Below are positions 1 to 8,441 of a stretch of 45,094 bases of DNA, one piece after another. Position 1 is the first letter of the stretch, and every line of letters starts with the position of its first letter. The translations under genes were made by a program, and so were the position numbers. The notes under the pieces were generated by a model that made no database searches, was not told where the DNA came from, and saw only the letters and a list, made by a program, of their open reading frames with translations. The stretch lies in assembly GCA_015056475.1 (NCBI GenBank), contig SVGF01000003.1:1-45094 (forward strand). The letters are read 5' to 3'. The DNA comes from Clostridiales bacterium (GTDB lineage Bacteria > Bacillota > Clostridia > HGM11327).

Positions 1-342
1 AAGGCCAAGATTGCAGAAACAGAAGCAAATGCCGCAGCAGCAGTTGCAAAGATCGCCGCACAGGCAGAGCTTGACGTTGTTAAGATCCAGGCAGACGCAG
101 CTGAGTATGCAGGTCAAAAGGACGCGGCAGTTATAAATCAGCTCAAAGAAGTATTTATAGTTGACCCCGAAAGCGCAACTCAGGAGGACGTTGAAAACCT
201 GCTTATGTACTACTACATACAGAAGTGGAGCGGTAATCTTCCCGAAACTTACATCGGCTCAACTGAGCTTTATAACATGCTTGCCGCAGCATTAAAGAGC
301 ATGGAAACAGCACCGACAACACCCGTTGTACCTGCTGAATAA
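1..342 (+). CDS. C-terminal part of SPFH/prohibitin/band 7 family membrane protein (5'-truncated by window)
   Basis: Frame 1 is open from base 1 to TAA at 340-342. It encodes an Ala/Glu-rich coiled coil (KIAETEANAAAAVAKIAAQAE) then YYYIQKWSGNLP, resembling the 'KWdG.LP' tail of bacterial SPFH proteins. Confidence 0.7.
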   Translation, partial: KAKIAETEANAAAAVAKIAAQAELDVVKIQADAAEYAGQKDAAVINQLKEVFIVDPESATQEDVENLLMYYYIQKWSGNLPETYIGSTELYNMLAAALKSMETAPTTPVVPAE

Positions 343-438
343 CGCAAAACAAAAGGAGTACGGAACACGTACAAAATTAGCGGAGTAATTATAAGCCGGC
401 TTACTTGAACGGCTCAAAACACTCCGCAGTAAACAAAC

Positions 439-479
439 ATCAAACGCCGACAGATTTTTGAGATCTGTCGGCGTTTGAT
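439..479. terminator. Intrinsic terminator hairpin, probably bidirectional
   Basis: Perfect 17-bp inverted repeat ATCAAACGCCGACAGAT/ATCTGTCGGCGTTTGAT with a 7-nt loop between convergent genes. Confidence 0.85.
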
Positions 480-564
480 ATTTAATAAACTAAAATTTCA
501 CATTCTCAATACATCGAAAGCAATTATTAATATCCCCTTATTCCTTATATAAATTCAACTATGA

Positions 565-1452
565 TTACTTTTTGAAATACTTTAGTATCGTTTCAATATA
601 TTTTTCTGTTTCTTCAATTCTCGGAAAATGTCCGCTATTATGAAATTCCACAACGGTTGCATTCGATAATCCTTTTATATACTGAGTCTGATCGTCACTG
701 CAAACAGGATCATATTTTCCCTTCAAGAGCAAAATGGGCTTATTAAGATCTTTCAAAACAGGCAAATAATTTTCACCTATTGCCCCATCCTTTAACAGAT
801 TAGAAAGGTGCATTTCATATTTTGCCCACATATCATCAGTAATTCCTACGGTTGAAAAGCTTGCCATATACTCCTCATAAGAAATGCCATGCAGATAAGT
901 TCGCAATTTCATATCTTTTACATAACCTAAAAGCTTGATAAGTTCAACCAAAGCATTACAGTCTTGGTAATCGAACGTTTTCATTTTTTTGCAATGCTCT
1001 ATTGCATCCGAATCTCCGGTCTGATCAATATAATCGGATAGATAAGCCGCAGACGACTTCGCAGAATCAGCAATATTAAGGCTTGGACCTTCCAATATGA
1101 TTTTATCAACTGAATCCGAATATTTGTTGGCATAGAAAACGGACAACGCTCCACCATATGAATGTCCGAGAACGCTCCAACTCTTGATGTTCAACTTACG
1201 ACGCATTTCTTCAATCATATCCGCTTGAACGTCCATTGAGTAATGCTCATTTTCTGCGATTGCCTCGGAGCGTAGCACACCGTATTGGTCAAAAGAAATA
1301 ACCTGTAATTCTTTACTTAGCATTTCCGCCGTATTGCCAAAATCCAAACAACTTGCGCCCGGTCCTCCATGCAAATACAAAAGAACCGTTTCATTGGTTG
1401 CTCCACGAATTTCGTAGTAAATATTTTTCCCGAAAATATTAATATACGCCAT
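565..1452 (-). CDS. Alpha/beta hydrolase, proline iminopeptidase-like (S33)
   Basis: LHGGPG oxyanion motif, GHSYGG nucleophile elbow, D(PV) and GHFP catalytic Asp/His. Start moved to ATG 1452 (MAYINIF), which follows AAGGA. Confidence 0.85.
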   Translation of the reverse strand: MAYINIFGKNIYYEIRGATNETVLLYLHGGPGASCLDFGNTAEMLSKELQVISFDQYGVLRSEAIAENEHYSMDVQADMIEEMRRKLNIKSWSVLGHSYGGALSVFYANKYSDSVDKIILEGPSLNIADSAKSSAAYLSDYIDQTGDSDAIEHCKKMKTFDYQDCNALVELIKLLGYVKDMKLRTYLHGISYEEYMASFSTVGITDDMWAKYEMHLSNLLKDGAIGENYLPVLKDLNKPILLLKGKYDPVCSDDQTQYIKGLSNATVVEFHNSGHFPRIEETEKYIETILKYFKK

Positions 1453-1523
1453 TTTATCTTCCTTTTTGTACTCTATTCCGATCTTTTTACATTCTCTTGT
1501 TGCCGATGGTTTATGCACACAAA

Positions 1524-1550
1524 TCGGCAGAAAAACAAGTTCTCTGCCGA
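1524..1550 (-). terminator. Putative intrinsic terminator after six-hairpin glycosidase
   Basis: TCGGCAGA/TCTGCCGA stem followed by a short T-run on the minus strand. Confidence 0.5.
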
Positions 1551-1613
1551 AGTTTTCGTGCTACTAATTCTCTGCTAAAAATGCAGAAAGAATTGATCGC
1601 ATACATTATCTTA

Positions 1614-3572
1614 TCACAATTCTCTGTTTGTCTTAAACGAAACTCTCTCGCCGAGCGTTGTGCCCTTGATGGAATTTGCAAATCCCACAACCTCGTAGCC
1701 GTCCTTTGTAACGGTGATAGTAACCTTATCGCCGCACATACGGAAGTTTGAAAGCACGACCTTATCCAAGCCCTCGGGGATTCTGGGAATGAATGAGAAT
1801 TCTCTTGCAGCTTCCGGTCTTATTGCAAGAATACCCTCAGGAATAATTCTGCAGAACAATGCGCTTTCTGCACTCAAATGACGTCTTGCGCCCTCGGGCC
1901 AAGCTTCGATAGCGTAAGGAACTCTTTCGCCCAAAAGTCTTGAGTTGCAATATTTGAAGAACTGTGTCCAAACGTTGCCGAATCTGCCGTTCATGAACGC
2001 ACCCTTGAATCCGTAAAGAGAAGCTCTATCCCAAACTGTAGCGGATTTATTTTCCGGTCCTATCTCGCAAGAAAGCATACCGTTTTCATTCCAGAGATAC
2101 TCTGAGAACATTGCATCAAGAGTATCCTCAAGTCGATCCGTAATGCCCATACACATCGGGAGACATATCCAAGCTCTGAGCGTATCAAAACCCTTTGAAT
2201 AACGGAATGTCTTATATCCGTGCAATTCCGCACCAAAATAATTCACGATAGCCGTCTTGAGTGATTCAGCTTTATCAACATACTTTTTGGCATAATCATG
2301 CTTATCAAGATACTCGGCGATCATTGCCATATATTTATAGCCGCCGTAAGCAAGGCATGACGTCGAAAGATTTGCACGATTATCCGTTGGGAATCTGCCC
2401 TCCAACTCGTCGGAGTGTGACCATATAACACCCTCGGGAAGTGTTTTGCGCTCACAATACTCAGCACACCATCTGAGTGCAGGCCACATTCTTTCCATCA
2501 TGAATTTATTACCGTGAGTAAGTGCAAACAAAGATCCGCCGTAGAGATACATTGCGGCATCTCCTCTGTCACCTGCGCCCTCCCATATATCTGTACCTTC
2601 TGCAATCACGGACGTAGGGATGTGTATATATTCCTCAGTCATAAACGGTGTATAGTGCTCGTAAGCATTTACCGACGCCTTGACTGCAGTAACGTCATCA
2701 GTAAATGCAAACCACGGACCTGCATACTCTACCTGGTCATTACACCAAGTTGCGGCATAATAGGTTCTTCCGCCGGGGCTATGGAACATGCCACCCTTTG
2801 TATTGAAAATGCTCTCCCCTGCTCTTATCTTGGCAAATCTATACATTGTGTCGAGAACTGCATTGCCTGTGTCAAGTGCAGCCTCATTTGAAAGCTCATT
2901 GACTCTTTCAATTCTGTCTTTGAGAGCCTTTTTCCAATCATAAAGTGCCTTATCGGGAGTATTGTAGTAATCTTCGCCAAAGTAATCGTATTTAAGCGCA
3001 TTTTTGTATGCTGAATAATAGATACAGAACGTGATGCTGTCACCCTTTGCAAGAGTCGTATCCTTTGCATCATGAGTTACTTCATGAACGTAAATGCCTG
3101 TAACCCCCCTTGAGATGCCGTATCTGCCACACTCTGTAACGGAAAGCTTTATCTCGTTTTCGGATGAATTTGTTATGTCGATAACTTCATACATTATCAT
3201 TTCCTTAGCATCGGGAATAAACGTCCTCTTGAGCTGAACGCCGCACTCAGTTACTGATTCAATAGCAAGAATACCGTTGATTGATACCTTTTTACCATAT
3301 TCCACCACCGGAATATCGTTTATAAGTATCTTGGGAAGCTTTGCATTGTCATAGTCAATCGCAAGAGTGCCGTGTGTATTGTTAGGAGACATTCTCAACG
3401 TAGGGAATGCGCAGTATCTTGCAAGAGTAAGAACGCCGTTTTCGTCAACGCCATAGTCAACTATACAATCCAAGCCCTTTCCCGAGAACTCAAAATTGTC
3501 CTTATGACCGAAATCTTCATTTTTTACGTCCCAAACGATGCCATCGCCCGAGATATTGAAATATTGCTTCAT
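1614..3572 (-). CDS. Six-hairpin (alpha/alpha)6 glycosidase-like protein
   Basis: 652 aa. Motifs PGGRTYYAATWCNDQVEY, GDRGDAAMY, SDELEGRF and PYAIEAWPEG..RHLSAES recall uncharacterised six-hairpin glycosidases of gut bacteria. AAGGA RBS; no signal peptide. Confidence 0.7.
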   Translation of the reverse strand: MKQYFNISGDGIVWDVKNEDFGHKDNFEFSGKGLDCIVDYGVDENGVLTLARYCAFPTLRMSPNNTHGTLAIDYDNAKLPKILINDIPVVEYGKKVSINGILAIESVTECGVQLKRTFIPDAKEMIMYEVIDITNSSENEIKLSVTECGRYGISRGVTGIYVHEVTHDAKDTTLAKGDSITFCIYYSAYKNALKYDYFGEDYYNTPDKALYDWKKALKDRIERVNELSNEAALDTGNAVLDTMYRFAKIRAGESIFNTKGGMFHSPGGRTYYAATWCNDQVEYAGPWFAFTDDVTAVKASVNAYEHYTPFMTEEYIHIPTSVIAEGTDIWEGAGDRGDAAMYLYGGSLFALTHGNKFMMERMWPALRWCAEYCERKTLPEGVIWSHSDELEGRFPTDNRANLSTSCLAYGGYKYMAMIAEYLDKHDYAKKYVDKAESLKTAIVNYFGAELHGYKTFRYSKGFDTLRAWICLPMCMGITDRLEDTLDAMFSEYLWNENGMLSCEIGPENKSATVWDRASLYGFKGAFMNGRFGNVWTQFFKYCNSRLLGERVPYAIEAWPEGARRHLSAESALFCRIIPEGILAIRPEAAREFSFIPRIPEGLDKVVLSNFRMCGDKVTITVTKDGYEVVGFANSIKGTTLGERVSFKTNREL

Positions 3573-3627
3573 AATTTATCCTTTCGTAATAGCAGTACTA
3601 AAAGAAACCCACTACGGGTACATGATA

Positions 3628-3656
3628 ATTATACCACATCTTTGATTCAATAGCAA
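3628..3656 (-). promoter_or_regulatory. Sigma-A promoter for six-hairpin glycosidase
   Basis: TTGCTA-17 nt-TATAAT with extended -10 TG. Confidence 0.6.
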
Positions 3657-3915
3657 TAGGCAATTTTGGCATGCTGTATATAAAAATATTGAATCGTCAA
3701 TAATGGGTGACAAATCATCGAGGAAAACGGGTAGGGTTTTATAATCAGACGTTTTCCGCGCAACATTTTGTATAACCATTTTGACTATCTGAAATATTTC
3801 AAACTGAATATTGCAATATTATTGGCAGTAATAAAAAAACTTCGCATTTTTATAAAAAATATGTTATAATAATGTTATAATAATAATGAAATATCGCTTA
3901 CATAAAGGAGCTAAA

Positions 3916-6228
3916 ATGAATATATTTACAAAGAATTTCATATCGTCGGGCTTTGGCTACGGCAATGCCGAAAATCCCCATTGTGCCCCACTTTTCCGTA
4001 AAACTTTTGATCTTGACAAATTACCCGAAAAGGCATCCTTGCTCATTACGGGCTTGGGCTTTTACCGCCTATTTATCAATTCAAAGGAGATCACAAAGGG
4101 GCATTTATCCCCATCCATTACAGACCCGGGGCTTATAGTTGCCTTTGACAAATACGATATCAAGCCATATCTCACAAAGGGCAAAAACGTTATAGGCGTT
4201 ATACTCGGCTCCGGATTCCGCTCAAGTATTTTAGGAATGTTTGCTGCAGGTAATTCGCTTGCAGGCGGAGATATGCTTTTGGCGCTCGCTTGTGATATTG
4301 ACGGCGAGATCTTTGAGGCTGATGAATCCTTTAAGGTGCACACCTCTCCCATACTTATGAATGACCTCAGATTTGGTGAGCACTACGATGCGCGCCTTGA
4401 AAAAGAAACAGACGGCTGGTTACTCCCCGAATTTGACGATTCTGAGTGGACAAACGCTCGCATAAACGATATTCCGCGCGGTGAGCAACGCATTTGCACA
4501 GCTCCTCCCATTAAAACAAGAAGAATTCTTACCCCCGTAAAGATATGGCGCGAGGATGACGGCATCATATACGATTTTGGTCAGAATGGTGCAGGGCTTT
4601 TATGCTTACACACCAACCTCCCCGAGGGCAGAAGAATAGCCGTTGACTTTGCAGAATACCTTTGGAACGGTAGATTCTATAACGAAACAATTACCGGCTC
4701 GGGTCCAAAAACAAAGGAATATCCATTTGGAAGCCAGAATTATATATACGTTTCAAAGGGCGGCGAGCAGCATTACAAGACGTCGTTTACGTATCAAGGC
4801 TTCAGATATGCTAAGGTTTACGGAATAAGCGACGAAGAAGCAACCCCCGAGCTTTTCACGTTTGAGCTGATGTCATCCGAAATGCGTGAAAGAGGAAATT
4901 TTGAATGTTCCGATGATATTCTTAACGCCGTTCAGAAATTAACGCGCGAGGCAACTCACTCAAATATGTTCCACATTCCAACCGACTGTCCGCACAGAGA
5001 AAAGAACGGTTGGACCGCGGACGCCGCAGTATCGTCCGTACATATGCTTCTCAATCTTGAAAGCGAGGGCGTATTCAACGAGTGGATGCACTCAGTAGCT
5101 GCCGCCATCGATAAAAACGGCGCAATGCCCGGCTGTGTGCCAGCACCTCCCGGAATGTTCTATGATTCATGGAACGGTCCCGGTTGGGATGCAGTTTTGG
5201 TTGAGATACCGTACAGATTGCTTGAACTGAGAGATGACCTCAAGAGCGCAAGAGTTGCAGCCCCGGCAATGTTCCGTTACGTTGCATACACACTCACAAG
5301 ACGTGATGAGAACGGACTCGTTCATATCGGACTTGGCGATTGGATGCCCCCGCACGATCCCATCAAAGCGCCTCGCGAGCTTACCGATACTATAATGTGC
5401 TACGATATTGCGCGCAAAGCCGCACTTTTATATGACAAGCTCTCAATGCCTGAGGTATCCGAATTCTGCTTTAAGGTTGCTCAAAATTACAGAAAAGCAG
5501 TAAGAGAGCATCTTATTGACACCGAAAACTGCATCGCGGCAGGTAATTGCCAAACGTCGCAGGCAATGGCGATATGCCTTAATATATTCGAGCCACACGA
5601 GCTCAAAAAAGCAACAGCTGTACTCAAGAGCATAGTTGAGGAGCTTGATTATCACGTTGATTGCGGTGTACTCGGCATGAGATATATTTTCAGAGCACTA
5701 AGCATAGGCGGTTATACCGACGTTGTTTACAAAATGATAGTTAACCCCATAGCACCATCGTATGCCGACATGGTATTCAGAGGCGAAACAACTCTCGCTG
5801 AGGACTTCAACGCGCTCGGTCAACGCATTAATTCAAGAAATCACCACTTCCTCGGTGACGTTTCCGCTTGGTTTATTGACACTGTATGCGGTATAAAGGT
5901 GAACCCCGAGATGAAAGGATCACTCTCTAACGCTAATAGGACGGGTAAATTTGCCCATTATGACGGTGCATCAAGGGTGGATATAATTCCGCACCTGCCC
6001 GAAGCACTCTCATACGCAAAGGCATATCACGAAACGCCCTACGGAACGGTAAAAGTTGAGCTTAAGCGAGTAAGAGAGGACTGGATAAGCATAAAGGTAA
6101 ACGTTGACGGTGAGCTTCACGGAAGAATTCTTCCGCCCGAAGGATATTTATTCGACGGATGCGGCGAATATCCCCTCGAAACCGGTGAATTTGACGCATT
6201 TAACCACGAAAGCGGCGGCTGGATGTAA
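3916..6228 (+). CDS. Alpha-L-rhamnosidase, GH78
   Basis: GLGFY, DFGQN, FTYQGFRY, PTDCPHREKNGWTADA, GDW and SRNHH motifs of GH78. Start at ATG 3916 after AAAGGAG. Confidence 0.9.
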   Translation: MNIFTKNFISSGFGYGNAENPHCAPLFRKTFDLDKLPEKASLLITGLGFYRLFINSKEITKGHLSPSITDPGLIVAFDKYDIKPYLTKGKNVIGVILGSGFRSSILGMFAAGNSLAGGDMLLALACDIDGEIFEADESFKVHTSPILMNDLRFGEHYDARLEKETDGWLLPEFDDSEWTNARINDIPRGEQRICTAPPIKTRRILTPVKIWREDDGIIYDFGQNGAGLLCLHTNLPEGRRIAVDFAEYLWNGRFYNETITGSGPKTKEYPFGSQNYIYVSKGGEQHYKTSFTYQGFRYAKVYGISDEEATPELFTFELMSSEMRERGNFECSDDILNAVQKLTREATHSNMFHIPTDCPHREKNGWTADAAVSSVHMLLNLESEGVFNEWMHSVAAAIDKNGAMPGCVPAPPGMFYDSWNGPGWDAVLVEIPYRLLELRDDLKSARVAAPAMFRYVAYTLTRRDENGLVHIGLGDWMPPHDPIKAPRELTDTIMCYDIARKAALLYDKLSMPEVSEFCFKVAQNYRKAVREHLIDTENCIAAGNCQTSQAMAICLNIFEPHELKKATAVLKSIVEELDYHVDCGVLGMRYIFRALSIGGYTDVVYKMIVNPIAPSYADMVFRGETTLAEDFNALGQRINSRNHHFLGDVSAWFIDTVCGIKVNPEMKGSLSNANRTGKFAHYDGASRVDIIPHLPEALSYAKAYHETPYGTVKVELKRVREDWISIKVNVDGELHGRILPPEGYLFDGCGEYPLETGEFDAFNHESGGWM

Positions 6229-6282
6229 ACAGAAGTTAAGGGCAGAGATTTTTACCGTGAGCCCCATAACGAAGTTTTAACA

Positions 6283-6328
6283 AAAAGCACTTATGATAAC
6301 GAATAAATCGTTTGTCATAAGTGCTTTT
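6283..6328. terminator. Bidirectional intrinsic terminator
   Basis: AAAAGCACTTATGA/TCATAAGTGCTTTT inverted repeat with A/T tails between convergent genes. Confidence 0.8.
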
Positions 6329-6358
6329 GCGTTGCTTCAGACAATTTTCTCCAGATAG

Positions 6359-6483
6359 TAATGAATTGACGCTTTGCGTCATGAATTGAAGCCTGACGGC
6401 TTCATGATTTGAAAACTTTGTTTTCATGAACGAAGTTCATTTCACGGCGCAAGCCAATTCATGCCATTTAGGGCAATTCATTA
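6359..6483. repeat. Composite palindromic element (MITE/REP-like): ATGAATT-hairpin units in nested inverted arrangement
   Basis: 10-bp terminal IR TAATGAATTG/CAATTCATTA and inner 9-bp IR CATGAATTG/CAATTCATG. Six mini-hairpins with different sequences: GACGC-TTT-GCGTC, GAAGCC-TGAC-GGCTTC, GAAAAC-TTT-GTTTTC, ATGAAC-GAA-GTTCAT, GGC-GCAA-GCC, GCC-ATTTAG-GGC. Confidence 0.75.
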
Positions 6484-6534
6484 TGGGCACGCTCGAATAA
6501 CTTATGTTAATCCTTCGTTATCGCGCGTGCCCAT
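6483..6534. other. Long hairpin adjacent to the composite element (possible terminator of the minus-strand operon)
   Basis: ATGGGCACGC/GCGTGCCCAT 10-bp stem extended by ATAAC/GTTAT; no clear U-tract. Confidence 0.5.
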
Positions 6535-6589
6535 TATTCTCTGCCCGTTTGGCTATCCACACAATTTTACGCAACTTAAACTTAACCCG

Positions 6590-7132
6590 TTACTTGCCGC
6601 TAAACATAAACGGATATGCGTCAAACGGCTTTTCTCCGGTTTTATTCGCCTTTGAAATCAAGTACTCCTGTTCAATTTTTATGTACTTTTTAGTTTCAAT
6701 CGCACCTTTTACAAAAACGATCAAGCCTAAAACATGGCAAATAATACAAGTCATCGTTACAGAGTCTAAGTCAATAAACATTGCAAGACAATCTACTACA
6801 AAAAACGCTGTAGCATAATACACAAGTGATTTTTTGACCTTTGACATCAAGCCCAACACAATGTACGCCAACCCACACAGCAAATATACAATCAAAGCGA
6901 GAATAAACTTTACCATTTCACCGTTTGATAATGCTTCAGCACTACAATTTGCAAGTAAATACGTCAACTGCGCTGTGCAAGGTAAAAACACATCAACGCC
7001 AAACAATTGCAAAACTCCATTGATCAAAGATATCACGCCAATAAATAGAATTACACACCTCAAAAACGTAAATTTTTTTGTATATATTTCTTTTAAGCTC
7101 ATACCCTTCGGGTATGGATCAAAAATAGCCAT
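6590..7132 (-). CDS. Hypothetical membrane protein (about 4 TM segments)
   Basis: 180 aa with hydrophobic stretches, GAGG RBS, 30 nt downstream of the XRE gene. Confidence 0.7.
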   Translation of the reverse strand: MAIFDPYPKGMSLKEIYTKKFTFLRCVILFIGVISLINGVLQLFGVDVFLPCTAQLTYLLANCSAEALSNGEMVKFILALIVYLLCGLAYIVLGLMSKVKKSLVYYATAFFVVDCLAMFIDLDSVTMTCIICHVLGLIVFVKGAIETKKYIKIEQEYLISKANKTGEKPFDAYPFMFSGK

Positions 7133-7162
7133 AGTATCCCTCCTCTACTAATTTGCAACTAT

Positions 7163-8290
7163 TTACTGCGCTGTTACTTTCTCTATCATTTTTTGATAAC
7201 GAGGATCCGATTTCAAATCTTCAAATCTTTCATCAGTCAGTTTTGTTATCAAATTCTGATGCCTGTCAATTCTCTTTCGATACAGTTCTTGTTTAATGGT
7301 GTTCAAAAGCGGAGTTTTTGGTCTGATGCTCTTGTCTATTCTTTCATAATCAATAAGGTCATAATCAACCATCTTCTCCAAATTCAGCAAGGCTTTGTCA
7401 TCATCACCGTATTTGAGATAAGCGTGTGCAATAAGCATATACATATCTCCGTATTCACGATGATGCAATGGCGGCATTATCTCATTATCCTTAAAAATGC
7501 AATTGATCAATTCTATTGACGTTTCCAACGTCTTTGCGGCATCCAAGTATTTTTCCTGAAGCATATAGCTGTTATATAATTTTACCGTTGTATTGAGCAT
7601 AGATTCAAGGTAATGCAATATCGCCCACTGACAGTGTATGCTCTCCATGCCGTATTCCCTTTTCCAATGCGCATAATAAGTGAGCATATTGTGAATATTG
7701 AAATCTGCACGAGCTGGGAACTGCTCCAGATGCAGCTTTGCCGCTTCAAAATTGCCGTATGCTGAATGAAGAGCAACCATTATCATATGCGCACGCATAA
7801 TATCGGACGCATTTTTTGAATATGATATAACCAAATTAGCATATCTTTCGCATTCATGGTAAATTTCCTCAGCGTGCTCAGGGTCATAAACCTCTTCGTT
7901 TTCAGGATAAGACAATGCTATTCCCGTTTCCAATAGATTTGCGAGTAACATTGGATTATTTGGATAGATCTTTAATCCCTCTTTTAAGGCACAATGCTTT
8001 GCGTAAAAATTTTCTGCTGTGATCGGAGCAGAAAGCAAGCTTTGAGCATCCTCAATAATTTTAATTACTTCTTCGGTAGTATTTATACCAACAGTACCAA
8101 ACAAAACGTCCGTGCTTACGCCAAACACATTTGCAATAGGCACAACCTGGGATATATCAGGCATTCCTGCATCGTTTTCCCATTTCGATACAGCTTGAAA
8201 CGTAACGTCCAGCTGTTCGGCAAGCTCTTCTTGTGTGAGATTTCTCTCCTTTCGCAATCTGCGAATGATCTGTCCCATAGTTTCGTTCAT
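7163..8290 (-). CDS. XRE-family HTH transcriptional regulator with C-terminal helical (TPR-like) domain
   Basis: IRRLRKERNLTQEELAEQLDVTFQAVSKWE...PD HTH_3 signature followed by about 300 aa of helical repeats. GAGG RBS. Confidence 0.88.
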   Translation of the reverse strand: MNETMGQIIRRLRKERNLTQEELAEQLDVTFQAVSKWENDAGMPDISQVVPIANVFGVSTDVLFGTVGINTTEEVIKIIEDAQSLLSAPITAENFYAKHCALKEGLKIYPNNPMLLANLLETGIALSYPENEEVYDPEHAEEIYHECERYANLVISYSKNASDIMRAHMIMVALHSAYGNFEAAKLHLEQFPARADFNIHNMLTYYAHWKREYGMESIHCQWAILHYLESMLNTTVKLYNSYMLQEKYLDAAKTLETSIELINCIFKDNEIMPPLHHREYGDMYMLIAHAYLKYGDDDKALLNLEKMVDYDLIDYERIDKSIRPKTPLLNTIKQELYRKRIDRHQNLITKLTDERFEDLKSDPRYQKMIEKVTAQ

Positions 8291-8441
8291 AATTGTTCCT
8301 CACAATCGTAAATAATTAAACAAACCAAATTGCGCAATTTAAATTTGCAAGTATATTATCCCACACATTTATAAAAAAGTTAAGCGACTTAAAAATGAGT
8401 TAAACTCAACTTTGCGTTGAGCTGTGTTGAAGAAAAGATCT

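Noticed and set aside
6361-6481. CRISPR or guide-RNA array reading of the ATGAATT repeats
   Set aside because: Repeats are only 7 nt, the 'spacers' are 10-16-nt self-complementary hairpins, orientation inverts midway, and there are no cas or other effector genes nearby.
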